DNA of 64,000 bases from Octopus vulgaris (GCA_951406725.2 OX597815.1:44144001-44208000), one strand, 5' to 3'. Shown: positions 13,432-27,540, counted from the first letter of the stretch. The notes: a model not told the origin generated them from the sequence alone. Translations and numbers: made by a program.

Positions 13432-14160
13432 ATGATGGCTGCCCCCTCGTTATCGAGTATGGCCATTGCACGAAGCTTAACTGTTATTGGTGCTGTGATC
13501 GAAAGTGACTTTTTAGCCCAGCTAAAGATCTACAATGTCTTGTACAGAATTGGCAGCTAAAAAACCTTTACCGGCACTAGCCGGCTGTAGTCGTAACTGG
13601 GCTTCATGTACCTTTGCATGTCGTTTAAGTCCTCCTGCGGAATTACACTCTCTTCCACATGCCTGAGAGATATGATTAGTATGGTGTGTAACACCACCAC
13701 CAGTGGCCAGGTTGTCACTCATCTGTCTCGCTTTATGACTACGAAGATGACTCATCAGTTCAGCTTTACTGAGGCAGGATCTTGCACAAACATTGCATGT
13801 CAGAATCAAAGGAAGAACCTTCCCTTCTGGAAGTGTAACAGCGATGCTCTTCCTGACATCCCTCATTACTTTCTCATGCGCAACTCGAGATTTCTCAAAA
13901 ATAGCTGTCCCCTCGTGCACAATCCTTCTCCACCTGCTACGATCAATAGCTATGCCTTCCCATGTGTCAGGAGAGATGCAAGCATCTCTTAAGGAAGCCT
14001 TCAGCAAGTCCTTACACCTCTTTTTTGGTTTATGCGGAAGTCGTTCTCCTTTAGCTAACTCTCCATAAAAGAGTTGTTTTGGCATCATTGAATCCTTCAT
14101 CCTGACCAGATGACCACTCCATCTGAGCCTTTGCTTTAACACAAGAGCTTCTATACTTTC
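13432..14160 (-). mobile_element. 5'-truncated RTE-clade LINE (ORF C-terminus with C2H2 zinc fingers, plus 3' tail)
   Basis: ORF 13522-14142 reads LRWSGHLVRMKDSMMPKQLFYGEL...KPKKRCKDLLK (typical RTE C-terminus) and CNVCARSCLSKAELMSHLRSH. Confidence 0.9.
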
Positions 14161-14609
14161 ATTTAAATTAAATTAAAATAGCTAGCTATGTATCGGACGT
14201 TGCTGACAGGCAAGTTACTGCGATTTTCGTCCAAGATAAAATCTCTTTTAGACGACATTATTAGTGTTTAGAAATACAGCATGTCTGTAAAAGTTTCTTT
14301 TTATCGCTAACGCAAAACTTGCATGACAACTATGTCTATATGTTAAGTATGATACATAGATGGCTATATGTAATACATTTAAAAAGACGGAAGCTCGGTT
14401 TGATTGCTGCGTTGGAAATATATCCCGATTTTCTGTTCAATCAGAACCTACACTATATGAGTGTATACACACACACACACACACATGTATATATATTCAT
14501 ATGGTTCCCAACCACATGGCTCTGGTTTCAGTCCCACTACGTAGTACCCTGGGTAAGTGACTATACATACATACACACGCACACACACACACACACACGT
14601 AAATTATAT

Positions 14610-14767
14610 GAATGGCTGTGTGGTAAGTAGCTTGCTTACCAAACACATGGTTCCGGGTTCATTCCCACTGCGTGGCACCTTGGGCAAGTGGCTTCTACTA
14701 TAGCCTCGGGCCGACTAGAGCCTTGTGAGTGGATTTGGTAGACGGAAACTGAACGAAGCCCGTCGTA

Positions 14768-14825
<58 letters not shown>

Positions 14826-15037
14826 TGTTTGTGTATATGTTTGTGTGTCTGTGTTTGTCCTCCCAACATCGCTTGACAACCGATGCTGGTGTGTTTACGT
14901 CCCCGTAACTTAGCAGTTCTACCAAAGAGACCGATAGGATACGTACTAGACTTACGATATGCTCGACTAAAGGCGGTGCTCCAGCATGGCCGCAGTCACA
15001 TGACTGAAACAAGTAAAAGAGTAAAAGAGAGTAAAGA
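14610..15037 (+). mobile_element. tRNA-derived SINE family B with internal (TA)n
   Basis: TGGCTGTGTGGTAAG head, GGGTTCATTCCC, GGCACCTTGGGCAAGTG central motif, tail GGCGGTGCTCCAGCATGGCCGCAGTC...(GTAAAAGA)n. Confidence 0.9.
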
Positions 15038-15302
15038 GTATATGTATATGTGTGTGTGTGTCTTTGTATATGTGTTTGACACACACACACACACGTACAC
15101 CGCTTGATAACTGATGTCGGTGTGTTTATGTCCCCGTTACCTATCGGTTCTGGAAAAGAAACGTATAGAATAAGTACCAGGCTTTAAAAAATATAAAATA
15201 CCAGGATCGATTCGTTCGACTAAAATTCTTCAAGGTGATGCCCCAGCATGGCCGTAGTCAAATGACCGAAAGAAGTGAAAGACAAAAGATAAAATATATT
15301 CA

Positions 15303-15467
15303 TAGGCGAAGGAGTGGCTGTGTGGTAAGTACCTTGCTAACCAACCACATGGTTCCGAGTTCAGTCCCACTGCGTGGCATCTTGGGCAAGTGTCTTCTGC
15401 TATAGCCCCGGGCCGACCAATGCCTTGTGAGTGGATTTGGAAGACGGAAACTGAAAGAAGCCCGTCG

Positions 15468-15537
<70 letters not shown>

Positions 15538-15742
15538 TGTGTCTGTGTTTGTCCCCCTAGCATTGCTTGACAACCGATGCTGGTGTGTTTACGTCCCCGT
15601 CACTTAGCGGTTCGGCAAAAGAGACCGATAGAATATGTACTGGGCTTACAAAGAATAAGTCCCGGGGTCGATTTGCTCGACTAAAGGCGGTGCTCCAGCA
15701 TGGCCGCAGTCAAATGACTGAAACAAGTAAGAGAGTAAGAGC
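15303..15742 (+). mobile_element. SINE family B, full-length, with internal (TG)n
   Basis: Same element as 14610-15037. A tail-only copy lies just before it (15100-15295). Confidence 0.9.
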
Positions 15743-16228
15743 GTATATAAGACACTTATACATGTAAACTGTTATTTGTCACTTAACAGCTTTCACATTA
15801 TGTATGTATGTATGTATGTATGCTTGTATGTAAGCATGTATGTATGTTTGTATGAAGATTCCCTGCCAGAAACTCTCTCACACCCATACGTGACAAGAAA
15901 TATATGACGCCAGACCTTCCTCTAAGTGACGCTTCATATTGTAATTTGCCAGTCATAACAATCCAATTCAATATTGTTCAACTTAACATCCACGCCTCTC
16001 ACCTTCCTTCCTTCCCTCCCTCCCACTCTTTTTTCCTATGTCTCTGTCTCCCTTTCTCCCTTCTCTCTCTATCACCCTCTCTCTCTCTCTCTCTCTCTCT
16101 CTCCCTTATTATTTTCACTATTTCTTTTTTTTTTTCTTTCCATTGAATCCTCTTCTCTGCTACCTATACGCATATATAGAAACCCTCGGCATATATATAT
16201 ATATATATATATATATTTTAAAGAGAGA

Positions 16229-16294
<66 letters not shown>

Positions 16295-16557
16295 GAGAGA
16301 GAGATTTACACAAACTCACACTTTCACAGAACTTAAATACATAGGGAGCCAGATTCACGCTCATACATAAAGAGCGAATGAGCGAGCAAAAGAGAGAGAG
16401 AGAGTAGGACAGAGAGAGAGGGGGAGAGAAGGAGTGAGAGAGAGAAAGAAATATATAAGGCTACATAGAGATGCATTCACACAACCTCACACTTTCACTT
16501 AATCAAACGCATACATAGAGAGAGATACACACACATACAGAGCGAGCAGGAGAGAGA

Positions 16558-16614
<57 letters not shown>

Positions 16615-16795
16615 TCACAATCAGATGTACATAAACATACACGCACTGTTACATGCACTCATACGTTAACATACATAATTATACAAATACACGCACACAC
16701 ATCTACTAACACACGTGTACTCATATTTCACATTCACCGACCCAAACCAGCATACAACCGTAAATACGCACACACACACACACGCACACAAACAG

Positions 16796-16847
<52 letters not shown>

Positions 16848-16943
16848 TGTGTGTGTGTGTGTGTGTGTGTATAAATATATATAAATAGTGGTCGAGGCTA
16901 CAGTATAAGACAACTGTCAACTCAATGTGGCAGTCCCGTATGG

Positions 16944-16986
<43 letters not shown>

Positions 16987-17231
16987 AAAACACACATACA
17001 CACATATGGACACAGACACACAGTCACACATACACAACTGTTCACGCACAAATAGCCACATACAAAACACATAAGTTGACACATTCTCATTCACATACAT
17101 TCACAAATACACACATACATACGCACATATAACCCGTTGTATGATCTTTATCGATACTATCGCAACAAATCGAGATTCTGTTTATCATCAGTTTCCTAGA
17201 AGACGGATCATGATTAATACGAAACCTTGTT

Positions 17232-17288
<57 letters not shown>

Positions 17289-17572
17289 TGTTCTTAATAT
17301 AAGAAGAAATTACTACGTATCTACGACATACTGACATCAGAGCACACACAAATACATTAAATTGTAGGTTACGTTGATGATGACTACTGATTTATGAGTA
17401 GGTATTTTCCGGAAAACACCAGCTTGTGACTCATTGCTTTACGTCATCTTATCTACTTTCAAAACATACTGCAGGCTTTAGCTTATGTTTAGGAAGTTCG
17501 CCACCTTGCAATCATATATTTCTGTTTTTAATTTCACAGCGTGACACTATCAATAAGTATCTCATCCTATAG

Positions 17573-17800
17573 TACTGGTACTCAACCGTTTTTTACCTAG
17601 GGACCCCTTTGATGACTACTTTCCTCTGATGGATCCCCATAGCTATTCGATTTTTAAAAACTAGTGTCATAGATACTTCTTTCAAAATTCCTATTTAGCT
17701 GTTCACACATTAACTTTTGTAGGTTGAGCTATGTAAAACGTTAGAGAAAGATATCTTGCCGTTTCTTGCAATGAATAACTACAGCACAATGTTTTCGTTA
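17573..17800 (+). mobile_element. Partial hAT-like MITE
   Basis: Similar to the left part of 33170-33513; stops just before the mariner TIR. Confidence 0.6.
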
Positions 17801-17810
17801 ACCAATTCAC

Positions 17811-18346
17811 TATTGGGTTGTCCGGAAAGTTCGTGCCGATTTTTAAAGGAAAGAAAAAGGTCAATAAATACTTGCCATTATATTTTTAATCAAGCAAATA
17901 TGAATCATTTTGTTGCACAATGCGTCTCCATCTTTCCTTTAACTTGAAAATACCCTCTTCCCAGAATTGAGGTGGTTTCATGGCAAAAAATTCATCAAGG
18001 TATCTTTTTACGTCATCCAAGGAATTGAAACTTTTACCATTAAAACTATTCTGCAGAGACCTAAATAAGTGGAAATCCAAAGGAGCAACATCTGGTGAAT
18101 ATGGAGGGTAGGGTAACACATCCCAGCCGAGCTGCGGCAATTTTTGTCTGGTTCCCAAAGCATCCATTGCCGAAAATGAACTTTCTTATCTTCCATTTTA
18201 AAGGGTTACAGAATTAACACAGGTTATAGAAACATAAATCTTCTTCCACGAAAAGATAGCTTAAACTGTGCTCTAAATGGAGGTGTAGTCAAATCCTATT
18301 TTATGGACTCAACCGTGTTCTAAAATAAGTTGAAATGTAAGCTACT
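17811..18346 (-). mobile_element. Internally deleted mariner element (transposase pseudogene)
   Basis: ORF 17886-18167 reads LGWDVLPYPPYSPDVAPLDFHLFRSLQN (mariner YSPDLAP motif). The N-terminus MEDKKVHFR at 18196 is fused directly to it. TIR TATTGGGTTGTCCGGAAAG at 17811. Confidence 0.9.
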
Positions 18347-19620
18347 TTCGTAACCCAAACTTTTGTGAGTGGAATTAGCTTGACAGAAATTCTACACCGA
18401 GTAGCCTATTAGTTAAACTGTTCTGGATTTTGCTTGGAATAGGCTTAATTGGTTCAGCGTGACTACTTGACCCTTTGATGCATTCAGTAAAATCTTTTCT
18501 GCTACAGGCGTTCAGATCAGATACCATGTTTGATGTCCATTCAATATCCTGATGCACTACCTCCTATTACGGAAATTTCCGAGTCGATGTTTCTTCCTCT
18601 CTTTTTCCACACTGGTCTTGGAATCCTCGCAAAAAGTTTCTGACAGCAAATCCTTTTCCAAGTAATAAAAAATTCATTAATAAAGCAAATGATTCCGGAA
18701 ATATTGCAATTATCTATCTAATTAAAACTATTTCATTTGCGCTGCGTATTCATGAAATACTTGTTTCTCTAAAAGCATCTAATCGGCTCTGGGATTTTGA
18801 AATCCCTATGTTATCACCCCGAGATAAATAGGCAATTTATCTCTCTTATCCTCTTTCCCCTCTATCTACTGTTCACACGTGTCCCGTGGCCAATTTTCCC
18901 ATTTCTCTGGCTTTTTTGCACCAGACGCTTAGCTAGCAGGTCGATACCTATCTCCTCTCTTGCTATTCGTATTTCTATATCCATTCACGTTTCTTTCAGA
19001 CGTTACTCATCACCAGTCTTTTTGGCCGAAAGACCGTATTTTTCTCGTCCACCTATTTATTCCTTTGTCAGTCGTCTTACATTACATTTGTTTTTTTTTC
19101 CTACGACCACTCTGTATCGTTTTGATTGTTCGAAGCCCTAATTCTCGGCAAATTTTGCATGTGCCGCCAATATGCGAAGTTCTCAGTATTATCATTAGTG
19201 GCATGAAACTGAGTATTAACATTTGGTTGATAACGGATGAAGAAACTAGCAGACCACGTGCCGTCAATAATGACAGCTAATTGTAGTATTTTATATATAA
19301 ATAAGGTACATAAATAATAATCGCACATGCAAACATTCACATACTTCTTTTGTACACGCGCACACATACACACATATACTCACACAGAGTTGAAACGCTG
19401 ATTTTTTAACCCTTCCTTTCCTTATTCATCTACCCCCCCTTCCTCATATTGCTATTACTTTTTTTCGCTCCCTCTCAGTCAGGTCTATTACTCTCACTAC
19501 TTATCCTTCACTGAATTACTATCTTTTCTTCTCCGCGTCCGGTGTGATTCTGGAGAAATATATATATATATATATATACAAATATATAAAAACACTTACG
19601 CTCATTATTATATTAGGAGA

Positions 19621-20215
19621 CTAGCTGAATGATCTGACTTTCCCAGGTTTACTGCTGTTCTTATTCAGATTAGTAAACAATACATAGGAACATATTTATT
19701 TCTTTTGTCATAATTATTTAAAAATATAGATTTTTTATGAAAAAAAATATCCAAATTATAATAATAATAGAATTTAGAACTGAAACTCTGTCAATCTTGA
19801 AGTTTCTGAGAGTAAACAATATTTATTGTGTAATTTTTTGTTAGTGTTGAAATGAATAAATTGTTGCTGCTTCTAGCTCGTGAGCAACCAACATAGAGTT
19901 GATCGTGGGAGAAGCATGTAGCAGAGAGATCAAGTCCAACTACTTTGAAGGATTGACCCTGAGATTCATTAATTGAAATACCAAAACTTAGTTTGACTGG
20001 AAACAGAAGCCCCTTAAATTGAAATGGAGACATCTGTAGGTATGAGAGGAAATTTTGGAATAAAGACATTTTCTCCTTCGTGAGACGACCTGTTATGATT
20101 GTTGCGTTTTAGATATGGGGCTTCATGGAAGTAACAATTAAGCGAGTTCCGTTACACAGAAGAGGTGGCTCAAGATTTCTAGGCAACATAATGGGAGCAT
20201 GCAGCTTGACTTTTC
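19621..20215 (-). mobile_element. Helitron 3' fragment: PIF1-like helicase C-terminus pseudogene and CTAG end
   Basis: Minus frames read APIMLPRNLEPPLLCNGTRLIV and FPVKLSFGISINESQGQSFKVVGLDL...FSHDQLYVGCSRA. Terminal CTAG at 19621-19624. Confidence 0.85.
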
Positions 20216-20249
20216 TGATTTATGAACTACTGACCGATTATATGTATAT

Positions 20250-20315
20250 ATGTTTTTGTCCCTTTCTTGTATCACCTAACTGTCTGGATGTTTTGCGTTC
20301 TTGTCCCATTTTGTA

Positions 20316-20360
<45 letters not shown>

Positions 20361-21086
20361 GCATATTTATATGTGTGTGTGTGTATGTAAGTATATAACG
20401 GCGTACGTATACTTTGGGCTCTTATATGTAAGTATAGATTTATCTAAATCTTGTACGACTCTATTCTTTTATTCTTTCTTTCTATCAGCCCTTTCACGCT
20501 TACTCCGTTCATTCCACTCTTCGTTCTTTCGTTACCCTCTTTCACATTTCATTGCCTTCTTTTCATGCTCACTTTCCCTCCTCTTTCCACTTCACTGTGT
20601 CCCTGTCATTTTTTCTCGCCCCTCCTTATTTCTTCTGTTCCTCTAGCTCTACCTCTCTCTCTTCTCTCCCCACGTGACCGGTGTTCGGACAAGCCTAACG
20701 TTTCTTTCTTGGTTCGGACGCTGTCCGTGCAACATTTATATGTGTCTGTGAAATCTTGTATCCCTGCCGTAAGGCTTTACTTCCACACACGCCAGCTTAA
20801 TTAAATTCGTACTTAGTCGAAAGACACCTGTTGTTATGTCCTGTTATTTGTATTTGTGTAACCTTCTCCGTTGCTTTTGCGTCCTTGTTTTCGTATACAT
20901 TCGCTGCTTTCTTCCAAGGAATCTAAGGCTCTTTGCTTAGTTTTTCCTTGGGGCTGGCCAGATTGGAGCAATCTCGCGTATAACCAGCCGAAATCTGGAA
21001 CTCGACTGAGGAAAGAAAACTTTGAATGTCTCGTCCTTGTTTTCTTTGCATCGTCTGTCTAGATGTTTTGCGTTTTTATCTCATTT

Positions 21087-21090
<4 letters not shown>
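20250..21090 (+). mobile_element. Unclassified (TA)n-flanked family X: 3' stub, TA run, then a ~690-bp unit
   Basis: The 3' end (GATGTTTTGCGTT...CATTTTGTA) occurs at ~20282 and ~21057. Homologous to 49974-50940, 23865-23995 and 45800-45960. Confidence 0.7.
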
Positions 21091-21140
<50 letters not shown>

Positions 21141-21141
<1 letters not shown>

Positions 21142-21175
21142 TAGCTGCTTTTCCCGGTTTCACCCGGGTAGTTTG
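21141..21175 (-). mobile_element. Helitron-type 3' end (hairpin plus CTAG); 5' end not located
   Basis: Minus reads ACCCGGGTGAAACCGGGAAAAGCAGCTAG|T. Confidence 0.6.
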
Positions 21176-21847
21176 GTTGATGTTGCTGTAAAAACCTGCT
21201 ATCATCTAAATATTTACCTCCTCTTTGTATTCAAACACCAAAAATAAAGGTTTAAAAAACAAATATTTTAAGAAAACAAAAAGGAGAAAAAACCCAAATT
21301 AATAAAAATGTTAAGTTGCCGACAGCTGTAGTAGCTTGAAGATTTCCGTACTCCGATGTAGCTAAAATTATCTTAATTTGTGTAATCAATGTCTAATATG
21401 GTCATTGTACCTAATCTGAACCTCAACCATGAATGAAAAATCAAGTATATGACAGTGAAGTCATATACAAATAAGAAAATGGAGAAACAAATTCAGTTTG
21501 TTCATCAACTTACGGATATTATAATGTTAGATTATTTATTCATTTTACAAATGAGAACATCAACAGCATACAAAATATTATATAAATCAATAGATAAGAT
21601 AATAATACAAATACAGATTTTAAAAGTCATATTATAAATTATTGTAATCCAGAAAATACTTCTTACAGCTGTATTATAAATTTACGGTAAAAATATTTCT
21701 TTACCTTCACATGTTTAAAACAATAAATGAATTAATTGCATTGCAATTAAAAACATTTATGTATTAAGAATTTGGGTACTTTACCAACAGTATATTGGAT
21801 AAATGATATCCCATAGTGGGTTACACCAATAACCCCTATCTTACTTT

Positions 21848-21889
<42 letters not shown>

Positions 21890-21893
<4 letters not shown>

Positions 21894-22235
21894 TGCAGAC
21901 ATAACTGTGTGATAAGAAGCTTGCTTCTCAATCAAATGTTTCCGAGTTCAGTCCCACAGCGTGGCACCATGAGCAAATGTCTTATACTACGGCCTCATGG
22001 TCAACCAAAACCCTGTGAGTGGATTTGTTAGATGGAAACTGAAAAAAGCTTGTCGTGTGTGTGTTTGTCTATGTTCCTCACTACCTTTTAACAACTGGGG
22101 TTGGTGTGTTTACGTCACCGTAATTTAATGGTTTTACGAAATAGATTGGGTTCGATTCGTCAAAAAATGTCTTCAAGGCAGTGCCCCAGCATGGCAGCCA
22201 TCTTATGACTGAAACAAGTAAAAGATAAAAGATAT
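21890..22235 (+). mobile_element. SINE family B, diverged
   Basis: Head, central motif and GGCAGTGCCCCAGCATGGC tail are recognisable. Confidence 0.75.
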
Positions 22236-22494
22236 TTTATTTCGCAGCTCTCTATTGTGGCCTGTAATGGATTGAGAAAAATGTGATGAAGTCGCCAATG
22301 GCAATTTTTAAAACTCCCATCTTACTTTAAATAACAATGGTAACTCAGCATAGCTGCCAATGCACAGCAGTAGACAATGGGAGTAGCATCTACGCGTTTA
22401 ATCGACCAGCTAGAAGCAGTAGCCATACCTCTCATATGAGACAATACCAACTTAAAAAGAGAAATGTCCCTCCCAAATGTCACAAACCTAGTAA

Positions 22495-22775
22495 ACATCA
22501 TCTTCACCACCACTACCACTATTAATACCACCACCACTATTCATCATCATCATCATCATCATCATCAACACCAACACCATCATCATTATCATCATCAACA
22601 CCAACACCATCATCATCATCATCATCACTACCAACACCAACACCATCATCATCAACATCATCATCATCATCATAACCACCAGCGTCCTAGCAGGAACAAT
22701 AACAGCATCATCATCATCATCATCATCATCATTATCATCATAGTCTTCGTCGTTGTCATCATCGTCATGATCACA
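22495..22775. repeat. (CAT/CAC)n array
   Basis: Seen directly. Confidence 0.9.
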
Positions 22776-22887
22776 ATTTCTCAACCCGAAAATAGTAACA
22801 TCAACAAACAGCAAGAGGTCCCCCTCATCATTCCACGTTTAACCTTGACAGAGTTTCCCAGGGTAGTGTGTGCGTGCGTGAGAGAGA

Positions 22888-22928
<41 letters not shown>

Positions 22929-23634
22929 TGTGTGTCTGTGTGTCTGTGTATGTGCGCGTGTGTGTGTGCGTGCGTATGCGTGTGTACACGTGTTTGTATT
23001 TGCGGGCCGTTTGGAAGGTCAATACACAGTAACGGTGTGTGAATTTGCTGGTAATGGGTGGTAGGAGGAGAAAGAGGAAAAGGAGGAAAAGTGGTAGGGA
23101 GGGTGAGAAGTGGAGGGGTGGGGAGAGAAGAAAGAAAGAGGGGGAAGGTTAGCAAAAAAGGGCTAAGGATTAACCAATGGACATCAACAACAAAACTGCT
23201 TTAACTACGCGTATAACAACAACAACGACAACAAAAGCAACAGCAACAACTCCAATCTGACACAAATTGCTACCATTCCGTGATATGTGGAAGGGAATGC
23301 CCTAGTTTGTTTGGAAGCAAAATCTATTGGTTGACAATTAGGTATCTAGGTTGTGTTTTGTATATTTAAGTAAATAAAACATTAGTTACGAAAGACGATA
23401 GTGTGTGTATGTATATACGTACGTATATATATGCATGTATATATGTATGTGTGTATGTATGCATGCATGTTTGTATGTATGTATGTATCATGTATGCATG
23501 TATGCATGGTTGGACGGACGGATGGATTGTTGGATAGCTGGATGGATGGATGGATGGCTAGATGGATGGATGGATGGATGGAGGGACGAAAGGATGTATG
23601 AATATATGTATGCATTTGTACCTCTGTTACTAAA

Positions 23635-23671
<37 letters not shown>

Positions 23672-23806
23672 TCAAACATATGTGTGTGTATTATATATGT
23701 ATACATCCACGTATACATGTATAGCTAAAAAGTAGATTGGTATATTTTCATGTATGTACGCATACACACAAACATACACACGAACATGTGTATGTGTGTT
23801 TGTGTG

Positions 23807-23864
<58 letters not shown>

Positions 23865-23868
<4 letters not shown>

Positions 23869-23991
23869 GTAGAAAAATACAACATGGACAAGAACGTATA
23901 ACTCAAGAAGACGATACAATAAACACGGACAGGACATTCGAAACCCTCAGTCTTCAGTCAAGAACCGGATCATCGTAGTAATTTCGGCTGA

Positions 23992-23995
<4 letters not shown>
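23865..23995 (-). mobile_element. Family X 3' fragment between (TA)n arrays
   Basis: Matches 45800-45960 and 20980-21090. Confidence 0.6.
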
Positions 23996-24040
<45 letters not shown>

Positions 24041-24741
24041 GTATATATGTATATATTTATGTATTTATATATATATATATATATTTATGTTTATGTATAT
24101 ATGTATATATTTATGTATTTATGTATATATCTGTATTTATGTTTAAGTATGTATGTATGTCATTGTTCAGTTTTATTTCAAGATTTCTTGCCAATAGAGA
24201 AAGAGTATGTATGTATGTATTATGTACGTATGTACGTATGTATGTATGTATGTATGTATGTATGTATGTATGTATGTATGTATGTATGTATGTATGTATT
24301 ATGTATGTATGTATGTATGTATGTATGTATGTATGTACGTGTGTATGTATGTATGTATGTATGTATTCATGTATGTAATATTCATGTATGTGTGTAATAT
24401 CCATATGTATGTAATAATCCATATTTAGGTCAGCAATTTACAGAATCAGGAGCTTTAAAATATTTAGTTACATTCCATCAAATTCTGTCAGTGTTCGTTA
24501 AAGCTCTTTTATTTCTTGGGATAGATTAGTCAGTACCAGAATCAATATAATTTGCTTATAATTTTCTTCTAAAAATCAATAAGAACTGATTGTCCGATAA
24601 TGGATACTTCTGATCTTCGAAAAGATCTAATGATTTATTATATTTGTCCCTATGTTTTTAACATACCCATAAGTCCATTAAAACATAGTTTTCTCTCTCT
24701 CACTCACTCTCTCCTCTCTCTCTCTTTCTCTCTCTCTCTGT

Positions 24742-24781
<40 letters not shown>

Positions 24782-24859
24782 TACAGATGAGAAAATATAT
24801 TTCGAACAGCAGAGAACAGCAGAGAAAAATTATACTCTTATAAGACGGAAAAATTTACC

Positions 24860-24946
24860 AGAAAGCAGTACGTTAATCGAACCCGGTACCCGTCAGATAA
24901 CGGCTGAGTGCCCTACCATTAGTAGAACACTCAATGGTAGAGCACT
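24860..24946 (-). other. tRNA-derived fragment (Asn-like GTT loop) with a snap-back inverted repeat
   Basis: Minus reads AATGGTAGGGCACTCAGCCGTTATCTGACGGGTACCGGGTTCGATT. No acceptor stem. Confidence 0.45.
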
Positions 24947-25189
24947 GTCAATAGCTAGCTAGCTAGCTAGATAGATAGATAGAAAGATAGATAGATAGAT
25001 AGATAGATACATACATACATACATACATACATACATACATACATAATACATATATACATACATACATACATACATACATACATACATACATACATACATA
25101 CATACACATATAGATACATAGAAAGTTATTTATAGATACATACACCCACCCCACCACGAACACATATATATTAGTTGTCAACTTGTGCT

Positions 25190-26600
25190 CGAGTATGACG
25201 TCTTGGAATTTCTTCTTTAGCCTCATTCTTTGCATGAACTGATTTCGTAGATTACTTCATGCCATCCTTCAACTTCATCACTTTGCCACACATGTTGCTC
25301 TTCAAACGAAGTTGCTATGGTCCTGCACCTGCTTTATTACATCATGGCCTCCAATGTGGCTCTTAAAACTAGCAAGAGAAAAACAAATTTTTTTCTATAT
25401 ATTTCACATTGACTACTTTTGTCCGCAGCTCTTGATGTTCTTATTTGCTTCCTCTTCCGAATTGCTTTTTTGCATGATGTATGCCGAATGTTTTCCCTTC
25501 CAAATAATTCTTCCCCATCAAACATTGTTTTTCTCTACTTTGCTCTATTAGCAGCTTGTCATTTCTAGTTCACAACAGAAATAGCTCAATTCTTCAAGTT
25601 CATCTTATGAAGGCTTTTGTACTGCTGCCTGGTTGTTAAAGCTTCCCTCTTTCTTTGTTTCAGTTCCACATAAAACAGTTTCTTTGGAATTCTGGTATTA
25701 CTCATTTGAACAATCTACCTTAAAACACTCCGAACGATGATGGCTTCAGCGTTAGTCATTTGAACTTTGTCTAGATCTTCGATATCTGGGATACGTGTGG
25801 TTCACTTACCATTGAATATATATTTCAAACAGCATTGGTGTGACCGTTCGAACATCTTAACCTAGTGCTTGTAGATCACCCCAGTTTCACGGCCATGCAA
25901 TAAAGCCGAGAGCGCATTAGTTTTTTAGATGAGTTTGCACTTAATCTGATCCCTTGTTGTAACTACAGCTAGCTTTCCAGATTTCCGAAAGCAGTCGAAG
26001 CCGTCTTCATTCTGCGTAAGATCTCCTCAAAACATGCATCATCTGACAGCACACTTCCCAGATAAGTAAAAGGCTTTACCATTTTTAATACTTTATCTTC
26101 AACTAATATCTTTGGTTTAACACCTGTTTTTCCAGGTGCAACATTCAACATAACTTTTGTTTTCACATTCATTTACAAGCTACAAGTTTTGCATGATGCG
26201 TTAAAAAACTGCAATCAGATCCCGCAGTTTTTTCTGTGAGATACTAAATCACAGTAATCAGTATATTATAGTTCTCTTAATAAAATATTCAAGCATCTGC
26301 GGTAAATTTCCTGTGGATGTAGATTCTTTTAGTATTACGTTTGAAGGCTAACATAAACATTGCTATAAAGTAAAGAGCAAATGACGTTGGTTCAAGAATG
26401 TCTCCTTGCTTTACGCCGCTTTTATCAGGAAAAAAATTCAGATAAATTCCAATTAAAGTACTCTCTAACATTCTTATCATGAAAAGATTGTACCGAATCA
26501 GTAAACTTATTTGGATAAACAAATTTCCTTAACACATTCCATAGCATCGATCAATTGACTGAATCAGATGTCTTGATCTCATCAAGATCAAAAATCATTG
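25190..26600 (-). pseudogene. Heavily decayed RTE-clade LINE ORF
   Basis: SGVKQGDILEPTSFALYF, NVKTKVML and FTYLGSVLSDD...RRMKTASTAFG motifs, with many stops and frameshifts. Confidence 0.8.
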
Positions 26601-27059
26601 ATACAAATAAAGATATATGATTAGTGCCCAACACAACATTTTTGGATAATTTGAAACAGAACGGAAAACTATTGCTAATTAACAGAAACTAATTTGTATA
26701 AATGTACATTTGTATGTACGTATGTATGTACACTATATAGATAGGAAGAAGTATAAACTTACATACACAGAGGTACATGCATACGTACATCATAGCAATT
26801 AATTTTGAGTGGGTACAGTTAACTATTATGCACGGAGAAAAATAATCTAATGATGTTAATCTATTAATCAGAAAAGATTAAATGTATAAGATATGATCTA
26901 CATGTGTAAAACTTTAGAGCAGTAGATATGACCAAATTTTGGAATTGAATACAACATCAAATAATCAAAAGGCTCAAAATATCCACCAGCCTAATCCATC
27001 GTTTGGATGGAAGCTTCCACAATCGTAATTATAAAAGATGTTTACTATGATTTATAGAG

Positions 27060-27540
27060 TACCCTAAACACTGAACGAAGTCATCTTCTGGGTTTTCAAC
27101 ATGCAGGCTGTCTCTGAACATACTCCTTGGAAACTCTCTTCTGACTTCAGACTCTTGAAATTTAATATTGTTGTTCTGCAGCCAAACAGATGGATTATGC
27201 ACCGAATACTACACGGATGCACCAAATCATCAAACTCTGATACTCGATCCACTACACTGACGTGAGAAATTGTTTGTTCAATGTAAAAGGATGTTAGACG
27301 TCTTAAAACCCAATTTGAAATAGGACTCAAAAAGAGAGAGAACACCGACGAATAGATATACATTCACTAATAGATCCAACGGATGTAAATAACGTCTGCT
27401 AGAATCACACGGAAGATATTTTGTAAATTGTTCGGGAATATATCTAATTAATTTAGACGAACTTTTTATCAATCTCAAGTAGACCAATGTCATCTACCAA
27501 GCACATATGAAAGCCTATGATCTCAGCTTCTAATACCAAA
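27060..27540 (-). pseudogene. Possible Penelope GIY-YIG endonuclease relic
   Basis: Weak motifs (IIGFHMCLVDDIG, RYIPEQF, HNPSVWLQN) in the order expected for a PLE endonuclease. Confidence 0.25.

Noticed and set aside
17140-17200. CTGATGA on minus followed by a hairpin
   Set aside because: It has GATA instead of GAAA and no stem I.
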